Position numbers and translations under genes: made by a program. Of a stretch of DNA of 64,000 nt, positions 15,691 to 30,700 are shown piece by piece; the first letter of the stretch is position 1; every line of letters starts with the position of its first letter. The stretch comes from the human T2T-CHM13v2.0 reference genome, Homo sapiens, in assembly GCF_009914755.1 (NCBI RefSeq), contig NC_060927.1, one strand, 5' to 3'. The notes beneath the pieces are model-generated. The model saw only the letters and a list, made by a program, of their open reading frames with translations. It was not told where the DNA came from and searched no databases.

Positions 15691-18600
15691 AATATAGATT
15701 ATGTACTGTACATAAAATATCAAAGTACCCCAAATATATATTATATACTCTACATGAAATATCAAAGTTCACAAACTATATATTATATACTGTACATTAA
15801 ATATCAAAGTACCCAAGGTATATATTCTATACTGTACAAAAAATATCAAAGTACCCAAAGGATGTATTATATACTGTACATAAAATATGAAAGTACATCA
15901 AATATATATTTTATTCTGTACATAAAATATCAAAGTACACCAGATATATATTCTATAGTGTACATAAAATAACAAAGTACACAAACTATACATTATATAC
16001 TGTAAATAAAATATGAAATTACATCAAATATATATTAGGTACATAAAATATGAAAGTACATCAAATATAGATTATATACTGTACATAAAATATCAATGTA
16101 CCCCAAATATATATTTTATACTCTACATGAAATATCAAAGTTCACAAACCATATATTATATACTGTACATAAAATATCAAAGTACCCAAGGTATATATTC
16201 TATACTATACAAAAAATATCAAAGTACCCAAAGCATGTGTTATTTACTGTACATAAAATATGAAAGTACATCAAATATATATTTTATTCTGTACATAAAA
16301 TATCAAAGTACACCAGATATATATTCTATAGTGTACATAAAATATCAAAATACCCAAACTATACATTATATACTGTACATAAAATATGAGATTACATCAA
16401 ATATATATTATATTAGGTACATAAAATATGAAAGTACATCAAATATAGATTATATACTGTGCATAAAATATCAAAGTACCCCAAATATATATTATATACT
16501 CTACATGAAATATCAAAGTTCACAAACTATATATTATATACTGTACATAAAATATCAAATTACCCAAGGTATATATTCTATACTGTACAAAAAATATCAA
16601 AGTACCCAAAGCATGTATTATATACTGTATATAAAATAAGAAAGTACATTAAATATATATTTTATTCTGTACATAATATATCAAAGTACACCAGATATAT
16701 ATTCTATAGTGTACATAAAATAACAAAGTACAAAAACTATAAATTATATACTGTACATAAAATATGAAATTACATCAAATATATATTAGGTACATAAAAT
16801 ATGAAAGTACATCAAATATAGATTATATACTGAACATATAATATCAATGTACCCCAAATATATATTTTATACTCTATATGAAATATCAAAGTTCAGAAAC
16901 CATACATTATATACTGTACATAAAATATCAAAGTACCCAAGGTATATATTCTATACTGTACAAAAAATATCAAAGTACCCAAAGCATGTATTATATACTG
17001 TACATAAAATATGAAAATACATCAAATATATATTTTATTCTGTACATAAAATATCAAAGTACACCAGATATATATTCTATAGTGTACATAAAATATCAAA
17101 GTACCCAAACTATACAATATATACTGTACATAAAATATGAAATTACATCAAATATATATTAGGTACATAAAATATGAAAGTACATCAAGTATAGATTATA
17201 TACTGTACATAAAATATCAATGTACCCCAAATATATATTTTATACTCTACATGAAATATCAAAGTTCACAAACCATATATTATATACTGTACATAAAGTA
17301 TCAAAGTACCCAAGGTATATATTCTATACTATACAAAAAATATCAAAGTACCCAAAGCATGTATTATACACTGTACATAAAATATGAAAGTACATCAAAT
17401 ATATATTTTATTCTGTACATAAAATATCAAAGTACACTAGATATATATTCTATAGTGTACATAAAATATCAAAATACCCAAACTATACATTATATACTGT
17501 ACATAAAATACGAGATTACATCAAATATATATTATATTAGGTACATAAAATATGAAAGTACATCAAATATAGATTATATACTGTACATAAAATATCAAAG
17601 TACCCCGAATATATATTATATACTGTACATGAAATATCAAAGTTCACAAACTATATATTATATACTGTACATAAAATATCAAAGTACCCAAGGTATATAT
17701 TCTATACTGTACAAAAAATATCAAATTACCCAAAGGATGTATTATATACTAAACATAAAATATGAAAGTACATCAAATATATATTTTATTCTGTACATAA
17801 AATATCAAAGTACACCAGATATATATTCTATAGTGTACATAAAATAACAAAGTGCACAAACTATACATTATATACTGTACATAAAATATGAAATTACATC
17901 AAATACATATTAGGTACATAAAATATGAAAGTACATCAAATATAGATTATATACTGTACATGTAATATCAATGTACCCCAAATATATATTTTATACTCTA
18001 CATGAAATATCAAAGTTCACAAACCATACATTATATACTGTACATAAAATATCAAAGTACCCAAGGTATATATTCTATACTGTACAAAAAATATCAAAGT
18101 ACCCAAAGCATGTATTATATACTGTACATAATATATGAAAGTACATAAAATATATATTTTATTCTGTACATAAAATATCAAAGTACACCAGATATATATT
18201 CTATAGTGTACATAAAATATCAAAGAACCCAAACTGTACATTATATACTGTACATAAAATATGAAATTACATCAAATATATATTAGGTACATAAAATATG
18301 AAAGTACATCAAGTATAGATTATATACTGTACATAAAATATCAAAGTACCCCAAATATATATTATATACTCTACATGAAATATCAAAGTTCACAAACTAT
18401 ATATTATATACTGTACATAAAATATCAAAGTACCCAAGGTATATATTCTATACTGTACAAAAAATATCAAGGTACCCAAAGCATGTATTATATACTGTAC
18501 ATAAAATATGAAAGTACATCAAATATATATTTTATTCTGTACATAAAATATCAAAGTACACCAGATATATATTCTATAGTGTACATAAAATAACAAAGTA

Positions 18601-19710
18601 CACAAACTATACATTATATACTGTACATAAAATATGAAATTACATCAAATATATATTAGGTACATAAAATATGAAAGAACATCAAACATAGATTATATAC
18701 TGTACAAAAAATATCAAAGTACCCCAAATATATATTATATACTCTACATGAAATATCAAAGTTCACAAACTATATATTATATACTGTACATAAAATATCA
18801 AAGTACCCAAGGTATATATTCTATACTGTACAAAAAATATCAAAGTACCCAAAGCATGTATTATATACTGTATATAAAATATGAAAGTACATCAAATATA
18901 TATTTTATTCTGTACATAAAATATCAAAGTACACCAGATATATATTCTATAGTGTACATAAAATAACAAAGTACACAAACTATAAATTATATACTGTACA
19001 TAAAATATGAAATTACATCAAATATATATTAGGTACATAAAATCTGAAAGTACATCAAATATAGATTATATACTGTACATATAATATGAATGTACCTGAA
19101 ATATATATTTTATACTCTACATGAAATATCAAAGTTCACAAACCATATATTAAATACTGTACATAAAATATCAAAGTACCCAAGGTATATATTCTATACT
19201 GTACAAAAAATATCAAAGTACCCAAAGCATGTATTATATACTGTACATAAAATATGAAATTACATCAAATATATATTTTATTCTGTACATAAAATATCAA
19301 AGTACACCAGTATATATTCTATAGTGTACATAAAATATCAAAGTACCCAAACTATACATTATATACTGTACATAAAATATGAAATTACATCAAATATATA
19401 TTATATTAGGTACATAAAATATGAAAGTACATCAAATATAGATTATATACTGTACATTAAATACCAATGTACCCCAAATATATATTTTATACTGTACTTG
19501 AAATATCAAAGTTCACACACCATATATTATATACTGTACATAAAATATCAAAGTACCCAAGGTATATATTCTATACTGTACAAAAAACATCAAAGTACCC
19601 AAAGCATGTATTATATACTGTACATAAAATATGAAAGTACATCAAAGATATATTTTATTCTGTACATAAAATATCAAAGTACACCAGATATATATTCTAT
19701 AGTGTACATA
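14584..19710 (+). repeat. Second copy of window positions 1 to ~5130 (offset 14583)
   Basis: Offsets 1057/15640, 1430/16013, 2554/17137, 3678/18261 and 4051/18634 are all 14583. Shared markers: tgtgttattt, aaataagaaa, aagaacatcaaac, aatctgaaag, tgtacctgaaa. Confidence 0.85.
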
Positions 19711-19747
19711 AAATATCAAAGTACCCAAACTATACATTATATACTGT

Positions 19748-21120
19748 ACATAAAATATGAAATTACATCAAATATATATTAGGTACATAAAATATGAAAG
19801 TACATCAAATATAGATTATATACTGTACATAAAATATCAAAGTACCCCAAATATATATTATATACTCTACATGAAATATCAAATTTCACAAACTATATAT
19901 TATATACTGTACATAAAATATCAAAGTACCCAAGGTATATATTCTATACTGTACAAAAAATATCAAAGTACCCAAAGCATGTATTATATACTGTATATAA
20001 AATATGAAAGTACATTAAAGATATATTTTATTCTGTACATAAAATATCAAAGTACACCAGATATATATTCTATAGTGTACATAAAATAACAAAGTACACA
20101 AACTATAAATTATATACTGTACATAAAATATGAAATTACATCAAATATATATTAGGTACATAAAATATGAAAGTACATCAAATATAGATTATATACTGTA
20201 CATAAAATATCAATGTACCCCAAATATATATTTTATACTCTACATGAAATATCAAAGTTCACAAACCATATATTATATACTGTACATAAAATATCAAAGT
20301 ACCCAAGGCATATATTCTATACTATACAAAAAATATCAAAGTACCCAAAGCATGTATTATATACTGTACATAAAATATGAAAGTACATCAAATATATATT
20401 TTATTCTGTACATAAAATATCAAAGTACACTAGATATATATTCTATAGTGTACATAAAATATCAAAATACCCAAACTATACATTATATACTGTACATAAA
20501 ATACGAGATTACATCAAATATATATTATATTAGGTACATAAAATATGAAAGTACATCAAATATAGATTATATACTGTACATAAAATATCAAAGTACCCCG
20601 AATATATATTATATACTCTACATGAAATATCAAAGTTCACAAACTATATATTATATACTGTACATAAAATATCAAAGTACCCAAGGTATATATTCTATAC
20701 TGTACAAAAGATATCAAAGTACCCAAAGCATGTATTATATACTGTATATAAAATATGAAAGTACATTAAATATATATTTTATTCTGTTCATAAAATATCA
20801 AAGTACACCAGATATATATTCTATAGTGTACATAAAATAACAAAGTACACAAACTATAAATTATATACTGTACATAAAATATGAAATTACATCAAATATA
20901 TATTAGGTACATAAAATATGAAAGTACATCAAATATAGATTATATACTGAACATATAATATCAATGTACCCCAAATATATATTTGATACTCTACATGAAA
21001 TATCAAAGTTCAGAAACCATACATTATATACTGTACATAAAATATCAAAGTACCCAAGGTATATATTCTATACTGTACAAAAAATATCAAAGTACCCAAA
21101 GCATGTATTATATACTGTAC
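19748..21120 (+). repeat. Copy of ~11517-12890 (offset 8231)
   Basis: Offsets 11526/19757, 11899/20130 and 12752/20983 are all 8231. Shared markers: ccaaggcata, acactaga, tacgagatt, ctgttcata, tttgatact. Confidence 0.8.
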
Positions 21121-22736
21121 ATAATATATGAAAGTACATCAAACATATATTTTATTCTGTACATAAAATATCAATGTACACCAGATATATATTCTATAGT
21201 GTACATAAAATATCAAAGAACCCAAACTATACATTATATACTGTACATAAAATATGAAATTACATCAAATATATATTAGGTACATAAAATATGAAAGTAT
21301 ATCAAATATAGATTATATACTGTACATAAAATATCAAAGTACCCCAAATATATATTATATACTCTACATGAAATATCAAAGTTCACAAACTATATATTAT
21401 ATACTGTACATAAAATATCAAAGTACCCAAGGTATATATTCTATACTGTACAAAAAATATCAAGGTACCCAAAGCATGTATTATATACTGTACATAAAAT
21501 ATGAAAGTACATCAAATATATATTTTATTCTGTACATAAAATATCAAAGTACACCAGATATATATTCTATAGTGTACATAAAATAACAAAGTACACAAAC
21601 TATACATTATATACTGTACATAAAATATGAAATTACATCAAATATACATTAGGTACATAAAATATGAAAGTACATCAAATATAGATTATATACTGTACAT
21701 AAAATATGAAAGTACCCCAAATATATATTATATACTCTACATGAAATATCAAATTTCACAAACTATATATTATATACTGTACATAAAATATCAAAGTACC
21801 CAAGGTATATATTCTATACTGTAAAAAAAATATCAGAGTACCCAAAGCATGTATTATATACTGTATATAAAATATGAAAGTACATTAAAGATATATTTTA
21901 TTCTGTACATAAAATATCAAAGTACACCAGATATATATTCTATAGTGTACATAAAATAACAATGTACACAAACTATAAATTATATACTGTACATAAAATA
22001 TGAAATTACATCAAATATATATTAGGTACATAAAATATGAAAGTACATCAAATATAGATTATATACTGTACATGTAATATCAATGTACCCCAAATATATA
22101 TTTTATACTCTACATGAAATATCAAAGTTCACAAACCATACATTATATACTGTACATAAAATATCAAAGTACCCAAGGTATATATTCTATACTGTACAAA
22201 TAATATCAAAGTACCCAAAGCATGTATTATATACTGTACATAAAATATGAAAGTACATCAAATATATATTTTATTCAGTACATAAAATATCAAAGTACAC
22301 CAGATATATATTCTATAGTGTACATAAAATATCAAAGTACCCAAACTATACATTATATACTGTACATAAAATATGAAATTACATCAAATATATATTAGGT
22401 ACATAAAATATGAAAGTACATCAAATATAGATTATATACCGTACATAAAATATCAAAGTACCCCAAATATATATTATATACTATACATGAAATATCAAAT
22501 TTCACAAACTATATATTATATACTGTACATAAAATATCAAAGTACCCAATGTATATATTCTATAGTGTACAAAAAATATCAAAGTACCCAAAGCATGTAT
22601 TATATACTGTACATAAAATATAAAAGTACATCAAATATATATTTTATTCTGTACATACAATATGAAAGTACACCAGATATATATTCTATAGTGTACATAA
22701 AATATCAAAGTACCCAAACTATACATTATATACTGT

Positions 22737-22987
22737 ACATAAAATATGAAATTACATCAAATATATATTATATTAGGTACTTAAAATATGAAAGTACATC
22801 AAATATAGATTATATACTGTACATAAAATATCAAAGTACCCCAAATATATATTATATACTGTACATGAAATATCAAAGTTCACAACTATATATTATATAC
22901 TGTACATAAAATATCAAAGTCCCCAAGGTATATATTCTATACTGTACAAAAAATATCAAAGTACCCAAAGCATGTATTATATACTGT
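22737..22987 (+). repeat. Truncated 6-monomer HOR (251 bp, M7-M9 missing, 1-bp deletion in M4)
   Basis: M1 marks at 22746 and 22997; M4 reads cacaactat. Confidence 0.8.
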
Positions 22988-24115
22988 ACATAAAATATGA
23001 AATTACATCAAATATATATTATATTAGGTACATAAAATATGAAAGTACATCAAATATAGATTATATACTGTACATAAAATATCAAAGTACCCCAAATATA
23101 TATTATATACTGTACATGTAATATCAAAATTCACAACTATATATTACATACTGTACATAAAATATCAAAGTACCCAAGGTATATATTCTATACTGTACAA
23201 AAAATATCAAAGTACCCGAAGCATGTATTATAAACTGTACATAAAATATGAAAGTACATCAAATATATATTTTATTCTGTACATAAAATATCAAAGTACA
23301 CCAGATATATATTCTATAGTGTACATAAAATATCAAAATACCCAAACTATACATTATATACTGTACATAAAATATGAAATTACATCAAATATATATTATA
23401 TTAGGTACATAAAATATGAAAGTACATCAAATATAGATTATATACTGTACATAAAATATCAAAGTACCCCAAATATATATTATATACTCTACATGAAATA
23501 TCAAAGTTCACAAACTATATATTATATACTGTACATAAAATATCAAAGTACCCAAGGTATATATCCTATACTGCACAAAAAATATCAAAGTACCCAAACC
23601 ATGTATTATATACTGTATATAAAATATGAAATTACATCAAATATATATTTTATTCTGTACATAAAATATCAAAGTACACCAGATATATATTCTATAGTGT
23701 ACATAAAGTAACAAAGTACACAAACTATACATTATATACTGTACATAAAATATGAAATTACATCAAATATATATTAGGTACATAAAATATGAAAGTACAT
23801 CACATATAGATTATATACTGTACATAAAATATCAATGTACCCCAAATATATATTTTATACTCTACATGAAATATCAAAGTTCACAAACTATATATTATAT
23901 ACTGTACATAAAATATCAAAGTACCCAAGGTATATATTCTACACTGTACAAAAAATATCAAAGTACCCAAAGCATTTATTATATACTGTACATAAAATAT
24001 GAAACTACATCAAATATATATTTTATTCTGTACATAAAATATCAAAGTACACCAGATATATATTCTATATTCTACATAAAATATCAAAGTACCCAAACAA
24101 TACATTATATATTGT

Positions 24116-24619
24116 ACATAAAATATGAAATTACATCAAATATATTTTATATTAGGTACATAAAATATGAAAGTACATCAAATATAGATTATATACTGTA
24201 CATTAAATACCAAAGTACCCCAAATATATATTTTATACTGTACATGAAATATCAAAGTTCACACACTATATATTATATACTGTACATAAAATATCAAAGT
24301 ACCCAAGGTATATATTCTATACTGTACAAAAAATATCAAAGTACCCAAAGCACGTATTATATACTGTACATAAAATATGAAAGTACATCAAATATAGATT
24401 ATATACTGTCCATAAAATATCAAAGTACCCAAGGTATATATTCTATACTGTACAAAAAATATCAAAGTACCCACAGCATGTATTATATACTGTACATAAT
24501 ATATGAAAGTACATCAATTATATATTTTATTCTGTACATAAAATATCAAAGTACACCAGATATATATTCTATAGTGTACATAAAATATCAAAGTACCCAA
24601 ACTATGCATTATATACTGT
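24116..24619 (+). repeat. Expanded 12-monomer HOR variant (504 bp); copies at 28253-28756 and 39397-39900
   Basis: Monomer order M1-M6, M2-like, M5-M9. The M1 marks at 24125 and 24629 are 504 apart. Confidence 0.85.
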
Positions 24620-25370
24620 ACATAAAATATGAAATTACATCAAATATATATTAGGTACATAAAATATGAAAGTACATCAAATATAGATTATATACTCTAC
24701 ATAAAATATCAATGTACCCCAAATATATATTTTATACCGTACATGAAATATCAAAGTTCACAAACTATATATTATATACTGTACATAAATTATCAAAGTG
24801 CCCAAGGTATATATTCTATACTGTACAAAAAATATCAAAGTACCCAAAGCATGTATTATATACTGTACATAAAATATGAAAGTACATAAAATGTATATTT
24901 TATTCTGTACATAAAATATCAAAGTACACCAAATATATATTCCATCGTGTACATAAAATATCAAAGTACCCAAACTATACATTATATACTGTACATAAAA
25001 TATGAAATTAGGTCAAATATATATTATATTAGGTACATAAAATTTGAAAGAACATCAAATATAGATTATCTATTGTACATAAAATATCAAAGTACCCCAA
25101 ATATACATTATATACTCTACATGAAATATCAAAATACACAAACTATTTATTATACACTGTACATAAAATATCAAAGTACCCAAGGTATGTATTCTATACT
25201 GTACAAAAAATATCAAAGTTCCCAAAGCAAGTATTATATACCGTACATAAAATATGAAAGTACATCAAATATATATTTTATTCTGTACATAAAATATGAA
25301 AGTACACAATATATATAATTTATAGTGTACATAAAATATCAAAGTACACAAACTATACATTATGTACTGT

Positions 25371-25617
25371 ACATAAAATATGAAATTTCATCAAGTATAT
25401 ATTAGGTACATAAAATATGAAAGTACATCAAATATAGATTATATACTATACATAAAATATCAAAGTACACCAAATATATATTATATACTGTATATGAAAC
25501 ATAAAAGTTCACAAACTATATATTATATACTATACATAAAATATGAAAGTACCCAAGGTATATATTCTATACTGTACAAAAAATATCAAAGTACCCAAAG
25601 CATGTATTATATAGTGT
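25371..25617 (+). repeat. Truncated 6-monomer HOR (247 bp, M7-M9 missing); copies at 29881, 36521, 41025 and 47292
   Basis: M6 (cccaaagcatgtattatatagtgt) is followed directly by M1. The marks at 25380 and 25627 are 247 apart. Confidence 0.85.
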
Positions 25618-27769
25618 ACATAAAATATGAAATTACATCAAATATATATTATATTAGGTACATAAAATATGAAAGTACATCAAATATAGATTATATACTG
25701 TACATAAAATATCAAAGTCCCCCAAATATATATTTTATACCGTACATGAAATATCAAAGTTCACAAACTATATATTATATACTGTACATAAAATATCAAA
25801 GTACCCAAGGTATATATTCTACACTGTACAAAAAATATCAAAGTACCCAAAACATGTATTATATACTGTACATAAAATATGAAAGTACATCAAATATATA
25901 TTTTATTCTGTACATAAAATATCAAAGTACACCAGATATATATTCTATAGTGTACATAAAATATCAAAGTACCCAAACTGTACATTATATACTGTACATA
26001 AAATATGAAATTACATCAAATATATATTATATTAGGTACATAAAATATGAAAGTACATCAAATATAGATTATATACTGTACATTAAATACCAAAGTACCC
26101 CAAATATATATTTTATACTGTACATGAAATATCAAAGTTCACAAACTATGTATTATATACTGTACATAAAATATCAAAGTACCCAAGGTATATATTCTAT
26201 ACTGTACAAAAAATATCAAAGTACCCAAAGCATGTATTATATACTGTACATAAAATATGAAAGTACATCAAATATATATTTTATTCTGTACATAAAATAT
26301 CAAAGTACACCAGATATATATTCTATAGTGTACATAAAATATCAAAGTACCCAAACTATATATTATATACTGTACATAAAATATGAAATTACATCAAATA
26401 TATATTATATTAGGTACATAAAATATGAAAGTACATCAAATATAGATTATATACTGTACATAAAATATCAAAGTACCCGAAATATATGTTATATACTCTA
26501 CATGAAATATCAAAGTTCACAAACTATATATTATATACTGTACATAAAATATCAAAGTACCCAAGGTATATATTCTATACTGTACAAAAAATATCAAAGT
26601 ACCCAAAGCATGTATTATATACTGTATATAAAATATGAAAGTACATCAAATATATATTTTATTCTGTACATAAAATATCAAAGTACACCAGATATATATT
26701 ATATAGTGTACATAAAATAACAAAGTACAAAAACTATAAATTATATACTGTACATAAAATATGAAATAACGTCAAATATATATTAGCTACATAAAATATG
26801 AAAGTACATCAAATATAGATTATATACTGTACATAAAATATCAATGTACCCCAAATATATATTTTATACTCTACATGAAATGTCAAAGTTCACAAACCAT
26901 ATATTATATACTTTACATAAAATATCAAAGTACTCAAGGTATATATTCTATACTGTACAAAAAATATCAAAGTACCCAAAGCATGTATTATATACTGTAC
27001 ATAAAATATGAAAGTACATCAAATATATATTTTATTCTGTACATAAAATATCAAAGTACACCAGATATATATTCTATAGTGTACATAAAATATCAAAGTA
27101 CCCAAACTATACATTATATACTGTACATAAAATATGAAATTACATCAAATATATTTTATATTAGGTACATAAAATATGAAAGTACATCAAATATAGATTA
27201 TACACTGTACATTAAATACCAATGTACCCCAAATATATATTTTATACTGTACATGAAATATCAAAGTTCACAACTATATATTACATACTGTACATAAAAT
27301 ATCAAAGTACCCAAGGTATATATTCTATACTGTACAAAAAATATCAAAGTACCCGAAGCATGTATTATAAACTGTACATAAAATATGAAAGTACATCAAA
27401 TATATATTTTATTCTGTACATAAAATATCAAAGTACACCAGATATATATTCTATAGTGTACATAAAATATCAAAATACCCAAACTATACATTATATACTG
27501 TACATAAAATATGAAATTACATCAAATATATATTATATTAGGTACATAAAATATGAAAGTACATCAAATATAGATTATATACTGTACATAAAATATCAAA
27601 GTACCCCAAATATATATTATATACTCTACATGAAATATCAAAGTTCACAAACTATATATTATATACTGTACATAAAATATCAAAGTACCCAAGGTATATA
27701 TCCTATACTGCACAAAAAATATCAAAGTACCCAAAGCATGTATTATATACTGTATATAAAATATGAAAT

Positions 27770-30700
27770 TACATCAAATATATATTTTATTCTGTACATA
27801 AAATATCAAAGTACACCAGATATATATTCTATAGTGTACATAAAGTAACAAAGTACACAAACTATACATTATATACTGTACATAAAATATGAAATTACAT
27901 CAAATATATATTAGGTACATAAAATATGAAAGTACATCACATATAGATTATATACTGTACATAAAATATCAATGTACCCCAAATATATATTTTATACTCT
28001 ACATGAAATATCAAAGTTCACAAACTATATATTATATACTGTACATAAAATATCAAAGTACCCAAGGTATATATTCTACACTGTACAAAAAATATCAAAG
28101 TACTCAAAGCATTTATTATATACTGTACATAAAATATGAAACTACATCAAATATATATTTTATTCTGTACATAAAATATCAAAGTACACCAGATATATAT
28201 TCTATATTCTACATAAAATATCAAAGTACCCAAACAATACATTATATATTGTACATAAAATATGAAATTACATCAAATATATTTTATATTAGGTACATAA
28301 AATATGAAAGTACATCAAATATAGATTATATACTGTACATTAAATACCAAAGTACCCCAAATATATATTTTATACTGTACATGACATATCAAAGTTCACA
28401 CACTATATATTATATACTGTACATAAAATATCAAAGTACCCAAGGTATATATTCTATACTGTACAAAAAATATCAAAGTACCCAAAGCACGTATTATATA
28501 CTGTACATAAAATATGAAAGTACATCAAATATAGATTATATACTGTCCATAAAATATCAAAGTACCCAAGGTATATATTCTATACTGTACAAAAAATATC
28601 AAAGTACCCACAGCATGTATTATATACTGTACATAATATATGAAAGTACATCAATTATATATTTTATTCTGTACATAAAATATCAAAGTACACCAGATAT
28701 ATATTCTATAGTGTACATAAAATATCAAAGTACCCAAACTATGCATTATATACTGTACATAAAATATGAAATTACATCAAATATATATTAGGTACATAAA
28801 ATATGAAAGTACATCAAATATAGATTATATACTGTACATAAAATATCAAAGTACCCCAAATATATATTATATACTCTACATGAAACATCAAAGTTCACAA
28901 ACTATATATTATATACTGTACATAAAATATCAAAGTACCCAAGGTATATATTCTATACTGTACAAAAAATATCAAAGAACCCAAACCATGTATTATGTAC
29001 TGTTCATAAAATATGAAAGTACATCAAATATATATTTTAATCTGTACATAAAATATCAAAGTACACCAGATATATATTCTATAGTGTGCATAAAATAACA
29101 AAGTACACACACTATAAATTATATACTGTACATAAAATATGAAATTACATCAAATATATATTAGGTACATAAAATATGAAAGTACATCAAATATAGATTA
29201 TATACTCTACATAAAATATCAATGTACCCCAAATATATATTTTATACCGTACATGAAATATCAAAGTTCACAAACTATATATTATATACTGTACATAAAT
29301 TATCAAAGTGCCCAAGGTATATATTCTATACTGTACAAAAAATATCAAAGTACCCAAAGCATGTATTATATACTGTACATAAAATATGAAAGTACATAAA
29401 ATGTATATTTTATTCTGTACATAAAATATCAAAGTACACCAAATATATATTCCATCGTGTACATAAAATATCAAAGTACCCAAACTATACATTATATACT
29501 GTACATAAAATATGAAATTAGGTCAAATATATATTATATTAGGTACATAAAATTTGAAAGAACATCAAATATAGATTATCTATTGTACATAAAATATCAA
29601 AGTACCCCAAATATACATTATATACTCTACATGAAATATCAAAATACACAAACTATTTATTATACACTGTACATAAAATATCAAAGTACCCAAGGTATGT
29701 ATTCTATACTGTACAAAAAATATCAAAGTTCCCAAAGCAAGTATTATATACCGTACATAAAATATGAAAGTACATCAAATATATATTTTATTCTGTACAT
29801 AAAATATGAAAGTACACAATATATATAATTTATAGTGTACATAAAATATCAAAGTACACAAACTATACATTATGTACTGTACATAAAATATGAAATTTCA
29901 TCAAGTATATATTAGGTACATAAAATATGAAAGTACATCAAATATAGATTATATACTATACATAAAATATCAAAGTACACCAAATATATATTATATACTG
30001 TATATGAAACATAAAAGTTCACAAACTATATATTATATACTATACATAAAATATGAAAGTACCCAAGGTATATATTCTATACTGTACAAAAAATATCAAA
30101 GTACCCAAAGCATGTATTATATAGTGTACATAAAATATGAAATTACATCAAATATATATTATATTAGGTACATAAAATATGAAAGTACATCAAATATAGA
30201 TTATATACTGTACATAAAATATCAAAGTCCCCCAAATATATATTTTATACCGTACATGAAATATCAAAGTTCACAAACTATATATTATATACTGTACATA
30301 AAATATCAAAGTACCCAAGGTATATATTCTACACTGTACAAAAAATATCAAAGTACCCAAAACATGTATTATATACTGTACATAAAATATGAAAGTACAT
30401 CAAATATATATTTTATTCTGTACATAAAATATCAAAGTACACCAGATATATATTCTATAGTGTACATAAAATATCAAAGTACCCAAACTGTACATTATAT
30501 ACTGTACATAAAATATGAAATTACATCAAATATATATTATATTAGGTACATAAAATATGAAAGTACATCAAATATAGATTATATACTGTACATTAAATAC
30601 CAAAGTACCCCAAATATATATTTTATACTGTACATGAAATATCAAAGTTCACAAACTATGTATTATATACTGTACATAAAATATCAAAGTACCCAAGGTA

